Source: Klebsormidium nitens (taxonomy: Eukaryota; Plantae; Klebsormidiophyceae). Taken from it: a stretch of DNA of 42,910 bases. The stretch is from the NCBI GenBank assembly GCA_000708835.1, contig DF237645.1, positions 1 to 42,910 of the forward strand. Reading direction: 5' to 3'. The position numbers and the translations under genes are program-made. This document shows, piece after piece, positions 12,601 through 25,299 of this stretch. The stretch's first letter is position 1. Each line of letters begins with the position of its first letter. Below the pieces are notes generated by a model. The model saw nothing but the letters and a program-made list of their open reading frames with translations, was not told the DNA's origin and ran no database searches.

Positions 12601-15600
12601 ACGATCGAAGTCCTTTTCTCATCCTGTTGGTGAGAAGACGGCTGGACGGAACTTGTCTCAGTATTCTCATAATTTGAGGCACTCGACGCCATCCTAGCAG
12701 AGAAAGAACAAAAACAAGCGCACAAAGTGCAGGAAGCAGATTAAGAGTAGCTTCTTCCTCTCAGGTGCCTTTGAAGCAAGACCACGGCCGTTTGAGACTG
12801 GACACATTTCACAGCGAAGTCAAATAAGAAAGCTCCACGCGGCCCAACAACACAGCTAAAATTTCTCCACGAATAATCAAGCACTGCCAGTGGCTTCCGG
12901 GCATTCTTTGATGCAGGCTGGGGCAATCGAGCGCAGAACTGAGGAATACTGGGACAAACCGGGCGGGCGGCTCACCCGATGTTGGTCTCCACAACGGGCC
13001 CCTGGTCCTTGATCCAGCAGCGCTGCGAGTCCTTGTGGGCGCCGATGTCGCCCGTCTCAAAGTGCCGGATGTACCTGCGAGGTGGGCGAAGGTATCAGAA
13101 GATACACGGCATCAACAGATGGGCTGGCACGATCCTCAAGCATGACCACACGTAAATGTGAGCAAGGACGGGGGCTGATATTGGGAACTTTTGTGTGCCA
13201 GCCAGAGTCGCAGAGCCTGCTCCTTAGCCCGGACACCCTCCGATGCAGGTGTAGGCGGACGCGTCCGGAGTGACGTCAAAGGCGACAAAGGGCCGATCGT
13301 AGAAGCAATCTGGTCAGCAAAATTGACATAGCGCATGACCACGTGATACTGTCTTGTGACCGAAAACCAGGCTTCACCAGTCTATTGTCGCTGCGTTTTT
13401 CTCATATTGCCACGAACCCCTCCTTCGTCCTGAACGGAACTCCTCTGATACCGTCTAAATTTTAGCGACGTCTCAGCCTTTCCGGCGCAGAAAGGTATCA
13501 CAAAGCCTCGACTCAGGGCAACAACCTGCCTAATGCGAACGGCGCATAGAGACGGCGCCATGTTGCCTCACTCGTGGAGCATCTGCTTTTGGTTGTCGTT
13601 GGCAGCGTGCGGCAAGGCCTGCTTCAGGGCGTCCACCAGCACGCGCAGCTCCTCACAGTGGTCGCCGTATACCACGTGCACCACACCGCCGCCCTGCACG
13701 GAACCATGCAGGACCTGTTAACAACTTCTGCGCTCTCGCCTGAACGGGGCATTACGCGTGCCCAAAGGCTTCAGGATGTCGAGGATCAAGGGAAGCGATA
13801 CGGGGTTGCGGGGTACTCGTACATTTGCGACAAAGAGACGATAGCACCTCCAATCCCGCTATATTTCTCAATGCCGTGTGTTCTCCAGTTCGAGCTCCTC
13901 ATTTGAGTCACGTTTGCTTACAAAAATCTCCTCTTTTTGTCCTGATAGAATGTAGCTTGGCGTATTTCCTTTTTCACAGTAGTGAAACGAAAGTTGGAGC
14001 AGTGTGCAGCCGGGGTCCTGCCCGGCACGCGGCGCATACCTGTAGGGAATGCGACTCGACGGGCCGGGTGTGCGCCGAGGCGATGCGCAGGTCGTACTCG
14101 GGGAGCGCGCCTGCGGGCGTGTCGCGGCGGAAGATGCGCGTGTTCCACGCCTCAATTCCCGCCTGGGACATCCAACCCTGCCAACAACGACGATACGCTA
14201 GGAATGAACCGCAAGCTTCCAGGTGAAAGCCAATTTCGACGACGACGGAAAGTGAAGTTCATCTCACTTTACCGACAATGGATGGTCCCGTGCCTTGGAC
14301 TTGCCAGTGACGCATCTTCACAGTCGATGTATGTAACAATGTAACCTGGTGCGAAGGAGCTCGTTTTGGTCGGGATCAGGGCCTCGTGGTTCGAAGGGGG
14401 CGTTCTTGCGATAATTGCTTCGTCATTGAGCTAAACAGTGTCCCAACATTGGGAGGGCCGATTCGCCAAGGAACCCAGGCTAGCTACAATAGTTGTGCCT
14501 CTTCAGATAGTAGGTCGCAACTCCCCATGACAAGGATCAAGAGCAGCTTGTCAAAATAGCCTTTTCTTGTCTAACTCCACTTCTTCCCTTTTCAGCCTTC
14601 ACTGACTCTAGGGCTTTGCCCCCCACTCGTAGACCTGACCAATTCAATTTAAAAAGGCAGACTGCATAGAACCTCAGCAACGTGGCCTTTGCGACCCTCT
14701 CCCTTTAAGGTTTCGGCGCGGTCAGCAGTCAAGGGCGCCGGCCCTCACCTGCACGGCGTCGATCTCCGCCTTTTGGATGCCCGGCGAGTAGTAGCAGCTG
14801 ATGCCATCGGGAGCCAGGCCCAGCGCACGCTCGCCTGCACGAAAATTCGAAAACAATATTCTCACAGGCGCGGGGACGATGCAAAGTAATTGCGTCGCCC
14901 ACCAACGGAAATAGAGGACGAGCAAAGAGGACGAGCAACAGGTGCAGACCTGGTAGCGGGGCAGGGTGTGCGGCGGTCGACTTTGCTTGCCAACCCGCTG
15001 AGGCAACGTGTTCTTACCTGGTTCCAACGAGTAGGCCTTGGCGCCGTACTGGGACCAAAGTTGTTGCAGATGCTCCCGATCAGAATCCTGCCAACATAAC
15101 GAATAACAAACACTGAAACTTTTTCTAGCGCTCACATGAAGTTGCAAATCGAGGCGGCTCTCCCATGCTTAGAGGGCAGTGTAAAGCTGGCAGCGAGGAT
15201 GCGCACAAAGAAAAGCATGAAAACCGAATCCTCAAAATCATATCGTGGCTGCACATAGCAGGACGAATGCGTTTTCGACAACCAGCATCCATTTGGAATC
15301 CAGCCGGCAGCCCCCCTTCCGGCATACCTGCAGCGCGGCCTGTGCCAGGATGCGCTCCAGCTGTGCGCTGGGCAAGCCCGGGATGATCTTGCTGTCGCCA
15401 AAGCTGAGGTAGTTGCCTACACAACGAACACACAAATCAGCCACAGAGCAACGAGGCTCCCACAGAAGATACAAATGTCGATCTTATGTCGATCTTAATC
15501 CCAGCGTTGGCCAATGTCCCTCAAGTTTCTCCAGATTGTCTTGACCAGCTAGGTACACAGGGGCACTTTTGGAAACGTGTAAGGGTAAAAACCGGAGGGA

Positions 15601-17048
15601 ACAAAGTCGTGTTAGCATACACCCCTGAGTGGCGACTATGGACTGCTGTGGACTGCACGAAGCCCCCCTGAAGCGGAAGAGGAGAACAATCAGATACTTG
15701 AATGAAACAAGGTCGTCACTTGAGCTGTTAGCTGGCCAGATCCATAGCCCCACATCTCACCCAGATTTGCAAAGACGGCTGCTGCGTATGCGACAAACGC
15801 CTTCCACTCTTCCTCGCTGACCCCAGCACCCATGCTCCTTGCCTTGAGCTCTGCCACGGACTGCCCCGAGAACAGCAGCAGCAGCAGCTGCCCCAGCGGA
15901 GCGCTCTCCTGCACGAGGAGCCAACCGTGAGAAGCACACAAATCCGTGATGGGGGTGGGGGTGTGCCCACTAGGGCGCTCCGTGAAGGAGGGTCAGGGAG
16001 GCGCTTCAGGAAAGGGCAATCATGGAGAAAAGGCGACTTGATATTGCACATGCCTGGACAGCAGAAGACCCTGTAAACTTTGCTAGCTGAGACGTTCAGA
16101 TTCAGGACCCCGCTGTTCCACCGTTTGATCAGAAAAAAGAGGCTTACAACATGCCGAGAGCTTGGCAAGGCTAGTGATTTCATATGATTTACAAAAGTGG
16201 TGGTTCTTTGCGGCAGTACCTGTGAGAGCTGCACTGCACAGATCTTGGCCCCCGCCCATGCTGCAGTGGCAAAGAAGTGGGCGTACTGCTTCTCCTGCTC
16301 CGTCAAGCCATCCCACGCAGTCCTGAAAGCCCAATTAGAATGTTGCGCTCATGAATAGCTGACCTCCGTTGTGTTTGAAGCGGATGTTATAGCTCTTTCA
16401 AAGCGATTGCCCCACAGATTGTGCACGTAGAGACTGAAGACAAGCTGTGTCAGCAACCTGCGCGACCTCAAATGCCTGAGGTGAGATCTCAATCTGTTTC
16501 TTGGGAGTAGCCAATAATATTTGAGCAGAACAAAATCAGCCAAACATAAGGAGCAAAACAAAACCACCATAGTGACACCAAAATCCAATGGCACCTGCTC
16601 TCATATTGTCTGAAGCGCTTGGCATTGAACCCCTTAAGGCATTGATATTTCCCAAAGCATCACAGTGGCATTATGTGCGCTTGCAGCACACAGCCCCCAC
16701 TTCGTCAAGCAAGGTTCTAGCCAATTGACTCTTGAAAACCTTTCCCACAGACACAGAGGAGGACGAGCAATGCAAAAATCTCGGTTCTTCGTCGCAAGCT
16801 CAGCAATAACCGGCCGATCAACGCAGTTGAGCTCTGACCTCTCCGTCCTGGTGAACTCCTCAAACAGCTGGATGAATCTAGAAGCTCTCAATGTGTTGTG
16901 ACAAGCATGAGCGAGGGTATAGCTGCCCTCACCTGCACTCGAGCTTCGACACCGGGAGGTCCACCGAGGCAACGTGCAGCTTGCGCAGAGCATCGTCAAG
17001 ATCAGCTGGAGAAGAGGGCGCCAGCGCTCCTTCACGAGGAGGAGCCAT
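9661..17048 (-). CDS. DPP3: Dipeptidyl peptidase III (peptidase M49), canonical hexapeptide type, 15 exons
   Basis: Spliced model runs from MAPPREG...VSKLECR|[13 protein letters not shown] (ATG 17048) through [99 protein letters not shown] and [10 protein letters not shown] to ...ARFGKVF* (TGA 9663-9661). Exon borders are GT-AG; phases were checked at the first and several internal junctions. Confidence 0.96.
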
Positions 17049-18786
17049 GCTCGTAGCTCCCGAGGGCAGGGCTAATTAGCGGCTCACCCTTGGATGGGCT
17101 GTTGCTGCAAACCTGGAGTTGCCACTTGGCGTTCCAACCACTGAACCAGGCAACTCTCTTCTCGAGCGAAGGCTCAGCTTGCTAGCGCTGCCCGATAAAG
17201 CCGGCATTGGCAGGATGTACCGACCAGGAATCGGAGGTTGGGGGGAGACAGCGAGAAAACGCATTTAACTACCGATCTCGATAGAAAAGACGGCACGTAT
17301 AGGCCCGTGATCGCTGAGACCCGTCACCAATTCGCCGTGGCTTCAGCGACGGCGTTTAGAACGGCGGCCGAGAGACACAAGAGCTCAAGCTCGGGTTCGC
17401 TGGGCCCCCCTGATTCGGTTGCCCAGAGCAATTGCGCCACGTTTGGCTGGTGCTGCACAAGAAAATGTTTTGCCAAGCAGAGAAGGTGGGGCAGTGATCC
17501 ACCAACGTTTTCAAATCCTGCCGCCAACATTGTTTGACCACGTATACACCCTCACAGCAGGAGCGCTTGTGTAGAACTTGTCTAGCTTGCCTTGGTGGAT
17601 CCTGCCATCTTGTCTTTCTTACCATCGGGGTAGCGGTCGAAGTTGCCAAGGTAAGCTGCCAAGTCCAAGCGTGAGGCTGCAGCCACATTGGAGCTGCCCT
17701 TGAAGTCAGCGCTGAAACAGAGGACGGCAGTGCGTGGAGTCAGCGTGTGCAGGTGGGTATGCTGACGGGGTCTGACTGCTGCAAGCCAAGTGGTTGATGG
17801 AGGCTCATAGAAGGAGACAGCTGAGTTCGTGAGCCTGTTCCAACATTGGTCCTGCCATACCACCACTGTCAGGGTGTTTTGAAGGGGAGCTGGCTTTTTG
17901 TATCTACTACTGAGTTCAGAAGGACATATTCTCTCCCCGCTGTGAACTTTGGTGACCAGACAACCCCCAAGTGTGTGGCATCATGTCATTGACATCAGCC
18001 TAGACTCAAAAGAAACCGCTTGCAGCTCTAAAGACTTGGTGATTTTGGAGAATTTGTCAGGTCAAGAACGTTCAAAGCAACATGGTTGGTCCTGTAAGTT
18101 CTACGTGAAACTTATCAAGTAGTTAGGCAGACACTAGATCTTCCTGGGATTCCTGCATGCATGAGGGCTCATAGCCGTTGCTTCCGTCACACTCTAGCCT
18201 CGAACTTTCATCAGAGACTTGAAAGCGCTGGAAGGACTGGGATCATGAGTCCTTTGTGTCTTTTTGAAGATCTGACACTCCCTTCATCAAGTCAGGCACG
18301 ATGTGTCACCTTAGAGAAGCGTATGAGAGGAGAATGGAACAGGTGATTCTTTTCTCCAAAGTATTCACACCCTCTTGAAGACCCCAGTTCTTAAGCCCCT
18401 TCACATTTTAAGATATCAATATCAAGCTCTGCTCCTTTCAAGTGCGTACATCCATATCCATATTCATATCCATAACCTGGTATGCCAAGGGTCGTGGCCT
18501 CCATCATGGTGGATTCCCCCACCAAGGACCCCCAAAACAGGGCTCAGGATGCTGTGGATCGGTCCCCTGCCATTTCTTCTGTTTCCTTGACCTTTTTTTC
18601 TGGGGTTTGTCTGCTTAGGCAAGTTGCACCTCCACACCAAACATTTCAACAGATCAGGCTTAGGAAACGGCACGCTTAGAAACGGCACGCCTTTCAGCCC
18701 TTGCTCAGGGTCTGCGCCCTACCTTCTTTTCATCATCATTTCAACAAGATTGTTGACACTTTGTCTGGCTTGTCGCTGATGCAGGG

Positions 18787-21706
18787 ATGGGGGCCTCCCC
18801 CTACCTGGCCCTGGTGGCCCTCCTCTTCCTTGCATCAACGATGCCCGCTAGCGCCCAGTCCGTTCTGCAGTACCACAACAGCGGGACGCGCAGCGGCCTG
18901 TATGTGGACCCCCTATTCAACGCCAGCAGTGCACCCACGCTGGTGCTGGACCCCACGTTCAACGTGACCATCCCCGGCCCAGTGTATGCGCAGACGCTGT
19001 ACCTGGCCAACAGCAGCCTGGCCGGCAGGGACGTCATCTTTGTGGCCACTGAGCAGAACCAGGTATGCTGTTGGGCCACACGGAGCGACTCCCCTTGACG
19101 TTCCTAGGGCTCTTTGGGTATGTACGCACTTGGTCGCTGCGGGGTTGGGGGGGGGGGGCAGTGTTTTCGCAGCATACAGGAACCTGCTTCAGGGGACGAA
19201 GTCGTTAACTGAGAGGGCCCTGCCTTGATACAATATGACTCAGGTGACAGATTGTCTGACATAGAGAACAGCCTCTGTGTTTAACCACTTCTTCTCCTAT
19301 CTCACTCCAGCTCTTCAGGACTGCCCAGCTTGCGATTCCTGATTGTGCCCTTCCTTGTCAGGTCCTGGCAGTTGATGCTCGCTCGGGGGTCACTCTGTGG
19401 AACCGCACGCTGGCCCCCCCGGTGAACGGCAACATCCTGCTGTGTGGCAACATCAACCCGTCCGGCATTACGGGGACGCCTGTCATTGACACGCAGTACG
19501 GCATCATCTCGTTTGTAACTCTCACCAGTGCCAATGGCACCCTGGACGGCGTGCGCTCCCTGGCGTGGGCGCTCTCCGTGCTAAACGGGGCCGTCATGCC
19601 AGGCTGGCCCATCGACATCCAAGCAGCGCTCACCGCGCAGGTCAGGCACCACGTTGGGCGGAAGACACGAAGCTGCCTGTCATCATATGATACTTTGGCA
19701 AACCCATGAAGGCTTCAGCCGAAGGCCATGATTCTTCTATAATTGACAATCCGAAGAACCCCGCAAACTGTTTCATAAGCTGTTAAAATATCTGTTGCAT
19801 GCCACACCCCTCCTCCTCAGGCGCAAAAATCCCTGTAGCTTTTCTCCAGAGACCAGCTGAGCTCGTTCTGAACTGCCCCAATTCTTTTCCTGCGCAGAAT
19901 TACACCTTCATCTCCTCCAACCAGCAGCAGCGCGGCGCCCTGACGCTGCTCAACGGGACCGTTTACATTCCGTATGGTGGTCTCGCCGGGGACTGTGCCG
20001 AGTACTACGGCGTGGTGGTGGGCATCCCGCTGCGCACGCCCAGCGCGGTCCAGGCCTACGTCTCCAACGGCTACAAGGGTGGCTTGTGGGCGACCCCGGG
20101 CGTGTCCACCGACGGGGTCAACATTTTCGGAGCTGCCGGTAAGCCAGCCGTGCTGAGGACCGCGCTTGTTGTTCTAGAGAGCGATTCTCTTGAGGAGAAT
20201 GGCTCGGGAGGGCCTTGCAATCTTGGCGTTGTGGTTCCTCATTAGTTCTGCTCTTTGCTGCAAGGACCTGCTCGGATGACTTCAAAAGTTCCTCAATCAC
20301 TTCGTTCGGGTCTCACGACACGGTTTTCTATTTCGCAGGCAACACGGGCAGCCTTACCGGTTTTGCTGCCCCAGAAGTGTGGAGCGGCGGCGAGGCATTG
20401 CTCCGGTTACAGCCGGGCCCTGTGTTCACCAACTCCACCCGCGACTTTTTTGCACCCGCCGATTGGCGCGCGCTGGACGATGCGGACACGGACATCGGCA
20501 GCAGTGCCGCGCTCCTGGTGGACCTGCCCGGGGCAGTCCCGTCCGCGCTGGCGGTGGCCATGGGCAAGAACGGAGTGGTGTACTTGACAGACAGGAACAA
20601 CCTGGGGGGAGTTGGCGGGGAGCTCTTCCAGGCCAAGGTCAGTGACCAGCCGCAACGAAGATTTTGAAAGAATATTTTTGCCACTAGCGTTTGTGCTTGA
20701 AGTGGGCTGTCTCCAGCGATTCGACACAAAGGGCACTTGGGAGAAACCGAGGAACAAAGGCGCAATGGAGAGACCTTGGAGTATATCATAACCCGCTGCG
20801 TGGTTGTGCGGATTGCACTTAGTCTGCGTTCTGCAAGGCAGCCCTTTTCTCTGAGAGGTTGCCAAAGGTAATGATAAGTGGATGACAGTCGTCCCGTCGC
20901 CTGTCCGCCCAGGTGATGGCCAGCGTGATCATCAGCACCCCAGTGGCGTACAACACGTCCAACGGCACCTTCCTGGCCCTCGCCAGTACTCCGGGCGTGG
21001 GCTGCCCCCCCGGCCAGGCCGGGGACATCGTCGGGCTGCAGCTGCGCGCGGGTGCGCCGCCCAACTTCACGGTCGCCTGGTGCGCCGCGTCGCGCTCCAC
21101 CAGCAGGACGGCTCTCGTCGTCACCAGCCCAGGCGGCAACGGGACCGCCATTGTGTGGGTGCTTGGTGAGCCATCGCGACCAGCCGACCCAGCAAAAGGG
21201 GTCAGCAAGTTTACAGCTCAGCCATATATCCGACACTTGGAATTTTTGTAGCTGATGTGGTGAACTTATCTTGTACTGGCGTGCAGTTTCCAGGCGAAAA
21301 GTAGGAGCCTTGGTTAAGATTCGGCCGCTGTCGCCGAGATGCTCAACATCTCTTTCCGGGACTTTTGACTCGTCTCCCTGGAGTGCGAACTCGACCGTTG
21401 AGTCGCTGCGCCACGCCTGCAGGCACTGGGGGACTGCGTGGCTTCGATGGTGTGACGGGGCAGTTGGTGTACAACGGGACGGCGACCTTCCCGCTGCTGC
21501 GGTCGTGGCAGACGCCGATTGTGGCCAAGGGCCGGCTCTATTTCGCAGACGATACCCGACTGTATGCGTTCAAGCTGGCGGGGGCCCCGGACCTACCCGT
21601 CGCCAACAACAACACCATACAGTCCCTGCTGAACGCAACGCTGACCCGGGGCCCTGTTGTTCTTCCAAATGGGACCTTAGGAAACTTAAGCGGAACATTG
21701 GGTTGA
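18787..21706 (+). CDS. Secreted PQQ-like/BamB-like beta-propeller protein of bacterial type, 6 exons, 543 aa
   Basis: Exons 18787-19062, 19362-19640, 19898-20138, 20339-20637, 20913-21165 and 21423-21706 splice in phase (1632 nt). Signal peptide MGASPYLALVALLFLASTMPASA-Q. Motifs VLQYHNSGTRSG, GPVYAQTLY, CGNINPSGITGTPVID, QQQRGALTLLNGTVY, GDCAEYYG, GGLW, DDADTDIGS and GKNGVVYLTDRNNLG match a family I recognise from soil bacteria (VLTYHNDxxRTG...CGNIxPxxGITGTPVID). Confidence 0.85.
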
Positions 21707-22746
21707 TCTGAAAGTGAGGTTTGGTATATCTCCGAGGGTTGTCATTGATTAGAAAAGTCGTTTATCAGAAATGAGCTCTTTTGCCATAGACGCTAATTGC
21801 TGCGATCAAGTGGGTGATTGAAGCGCAAGAACCAATTCATCCCCAGCCTATATAATTTGTGAGCGTAATTAGTCAGCTTGATTATGAATTGTTGCGCTCT
21901 CATTGAAACTTGCTTATAATTCGATCTGCAAAAACTTCGGCTGCCTTCGTACAATAGTAGGTGAGCTCGCATTTGTAACCAGTTATTTTCAACCAGTCGA
22001 ATGAGAACTTAACTTAAATCCGTAGGTAGCGTTAAACTGTTTCTTCAGAGTTTTGAGAGCCACAGGAGTCTTAAACTATAAATGCTGATTTGTTAATAAG
22101 CTTCTTCTAGGCTTGTTTCCAATCAAGGCGCATGCAAAACTTCTGGGGCCGTTATCGATTGGATTCAGCAGCAAGTATGGTTGCTAATGTGAGTCCCCTC
22201 TTTCGCTCAAACTGTACCGCGGGACGTACTGAAGCATGCAGCATGGTCCGACCGTCATTTCCTTAACGTGAACTGTAGAGTTTCTCGAGAAAATTGAGCC
22301 GGCTCATGCAGGCGGTGTTGTACTACTGAGAGCGGCCGACGTATACCGTACTGATGCAACAAATGTTGGTAATTCATATATCAATCAAAATGTTCGGTGC
22401 ACATTCTCTTGAATTTAAAATTCCGTAGTTACAGCTAATCACATGTGAGCCGACTCGCGAGCCATACTCGGCACTCTCATCCGGCACACATATACGCCAT
22501 CATTGCGCGCACAGAATCATTCATGACTATAAGTCACCGTCAGCTTGAGTACTATATAGAATGATCGCGACGTCAGGCTCATGCATGAACGTTCGCGGTC
22601 TATAGCGCGCCTGTGCATCAGTGCCTAACGCGTAGAGCTACAATTGAATAGGCCGCAGCTTACGGCAATGATGACCAAAATATGTTCCGCGAGCGCGCAG
22701 GTATACTATAACCGCAGCGGGCGGCAATTGGCGGCCCATAAGAGTT

Positions 22747-22885
22747 TACGAATTAAGCAATGGCTTAATTATATATTCGTAACCAAGCCACGGCGGCATG
22801 CTCATACGCAACAAAGAAATTTCTGAATGCTGCGCATGTGCATGGTGGCTTGGCCTTACATATATAAGCCATGTTGCAATTCGTA
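22747..22885. repeat. Decayed fold-back (long imperfect inverted repeat)
   Basis: The left arm 22747-22810 (TACGAATT-AAGCAATGGCTTA-TATAT-GTAA-CCAAGCCAC-CATGCTCATACGCA) pairs with the right arm 22831-22885, with indels. Central palindrome AGAAATTTCT at 22815-22824. Confidence 0.7.
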
Positions 22886-23051
22886 TTGCATGCCAGTGCG
22901 TGGGATATGCCATTGATATCATATCCATCCGCTGGCGCGCCGCATGCCACGCCCCAAGCACTATGTGGTAACCGTTGATTTACGACCTGCCACCCCAACT
23001 AACTCACCCGTCTCAGGCCATGATGCACCATCACGTCCGACCAACCGACAA

Positions 23052-24993
23052 TTATTGATCCTCCGTTACTTGTACATGATTCAATAAGGTCGTGCTCTGG
23101 TGAGAACTATGCTCTTGTTGAAGACTGCTCAAAGCTTCTCTCAGCCCCTCACTAGTTCGTGCCAATTGACTCTGCAACTCGCAAAGGTGATCAACCTGTT
23201 TCTGCAGACTTTCCAATCGTAAGCGTGCTTCATGAAGACACTCCTCTTCTGAGCTTGGGGAATTGCCAACATCTACAGAAGGGTTTTGCAAGTCGAATTC
23301 AGAACTATCTTCAAAGTACATGGTGCATCTACCGTTAACATTGCCTTTGCAACAACAACCAGAGTCGTTAGAAAAAGCCCCAGAAACTGTTGTTCGGGAC
23401 TCCCCTCCTGCATCCAAGCTCAGGGGTAAGTGAAAGGGACAAGCTTTTCCATCGCTTGGCGGTTTCAATCGCTCGATACCGCTCGCTTCCAGGAGCTCTA
23501 TAGCTTGCCCATCTGCATTCAGTCTGTTCAGGACCGTTGACTTGTGCGAGTTGGCTTCTTCAGCAACGTCCCTGCATGAACATCAGGAAGATCCAAGCTG
23601 AATCCAACCATCTTCCCGGTCTCCTGCAAGTTATGAATGATCATACGCTTCTTGAGCTTGATACAGCGGAGGGCGAGTCCTGTTGGTTGAGCGGTGGAGC
23701 GGTCGACCGTTCGAGGTGACATCACCTTGTCGTTGCCAATATACAAGAGCTTAATTTTGCATCCTTCTTGTCAACATCATGGTCGTGCTTTTTGGTGCAT
23801 AAGCAGGAAAGGATCACAACATGGCCTTGCATATGGCACTTTCGTGTCCCCAGCTCACGAGCTTGATGTACCCAGACATTCCACAGATGTGAACCTGGTT
23901 TGGGGAAAACACAACACATGGGCACACCAGCTTTCTAGAATTTAATCATGCCACTCAAGTCAAGGGAGGTACTGACCCAAACGATGAGTCTACATATGTA
24001 GGCACCAACTTTTAGTGTCTACCAAAATCAATTGCAATTGGGCCTTCAAGCGGAAGAGATAAGGGATAACCCACCTCAAATGTTGCAACAAACTTGCTTT
24101 CTGTTCTTGAAGCTCTTGCAACCTGTCGCTCATAGCACTTGACCCCTTTTCAACCTGCTCTGATACATGTCCTTGAGGACATTTGCCATGCAGATCTGTA
24201 TGTAAGAGGAAGACTGTGTAAGTGATTCAGCACCCAGCAACTGAGCTGCATCATGGATTTCGTTGCGACCCTGCAAGTGGACGGTGCACAGCATTCTCTG
24301 TGCTTGCTCATTTTGATCTCGTGTGTCAGTGAGCTGCAACATCACCACCATAACGTCCGCGGGATCAGGGTTAAAATGACTCGAGAGCTATCAAAACAGG
24401 GAGCTTCCTGGTCCATGACCTGTGTGCCTAGTTCGCCAGCGTACTTGATAGTATTTCAGCAGAAGTTTGAACCGGTCAGTTTGAAGAGACTTGTAGAATG
24501 TCTCACAGTCCCAGAACTTTTCATCAATGTATCTTCAGAGTCAAAACGTTGCCAGTAGTTCAAATGTCGCTCGGCACCTTCCGTACGTTTCATTGCTGTT
24601 AAAAGAGGGCTTACCCGAAAGAACAGTGTCGAGAACTGTTTCAAGTTCTGGTCTCTGTCGAAGCACGAGCTGTCGAACAATCTCAGCAGCTGCATCGAAA
24701 GGAGTTTCTGCATGGAACTGTGGTGTCATTAGTGGAGTGTAAGAGACGTAGATATTGACCCAGATTGGCGGAAGGACTTGAGGGAATCGTTCTCAGCAGG
24801 ATAAAGATTTGCATAAAGATCTGCGTAGGCAAGCAGGCAAGGCAAACTTTCTAGTGTCAATAGGCGCACCTTGCGTCCAGCTGCTCTTCAACTCAGAAGA
24901 GCTCCAGATGCTCCCCCATGGCGAGCTTCCAGCTCCCGGAAATTGAAGCAGAGCCTCATCGAGCTTTTCATCGTTGGCTTCGATCTCTCCCAT
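23052..24993 (-). CDS. Hypothetical multi-exon protein with C-terminal coiled coil
   Basis: Phase-consistent exons: 24993-24870 (MGEIEANDEKLDEALL...WTQ), 24707-24615 (ETPFDAAAEIVRQLVLRQRPELETVLDTVLS), probable middle exons at ~24530 and ~24330-24150, and a terminal exon 23571-23052 (DVAEEANSHK...EARLRLESLQKQVDHLCELQSQLARTSEGLREALSSLQ...EDQ*). No recognised domain. Confidence 0.5.
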
Positions 24994-25290
24994 TTTCAGG
25001 CCCTACCAAGCTCCACTTTGGGATAAAAGCGATTCCGCCAACCAGAGGCTTCGCTACCCACCTTCTACAAATACAAAGCTGATCCTAGGCTGCAATTTTG
25101 GCATGGACGACAGAATACCCATGATACACCAAATCATACATCTCTACCTGGCAGCTGGCAGCTGGCACGCAGGCCTGGCCGCCATTTTCACTTTGCAGAC
25201 AATTAGTAGCAACAGGTACTCTGATCACTGTACGGTACAATGTACATTGGTAGTACGACCTTTGTAGGCTGTAGCACCAGAACCAGGAGC

Positions 25291-25299
25291 AAACCCTAA
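25291..25299 (+). promoter_or_regulatory. Telo-box (AAACCCTAA) upstream of RPS29
   Basis: Exact AAACCCTAA ~590 bp upstream of the RPS29 ATG and ~200 bp upstream of a likely 5'UTR intron (donor gtaag ~25509, acceptor tttgcag ~25849). Telo-boxes are established features of plant ribosomal protein promoters. Confidence 0.5.

Noticed and set aside
15475-15496. Tandem ATGTCGATCTT x2 in a DPP3 intron (and CTTAG(G)AAACGGCACG x2 at 18659-18689)
   Set aside because: Isolated 11-16 bp duplications consistent with slippage or excision footprints; nothing further to support a function.
10016-16334. Overlapping alternate ORFs across DPP3
   Set aside because: Antisense or out-of-frame readings of GC-rich DPP3 exons.
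17076-17264. Ser/Arg-rich ORF resembling a transit peptide for DPP3
   Set aside because: Its donor (AGG|gtgag, phase 0) has no in-phase acceptor into the DPP3 frame (the candidates are phase 1 or 2). At most it is a uORF or 5'UTR sequence.
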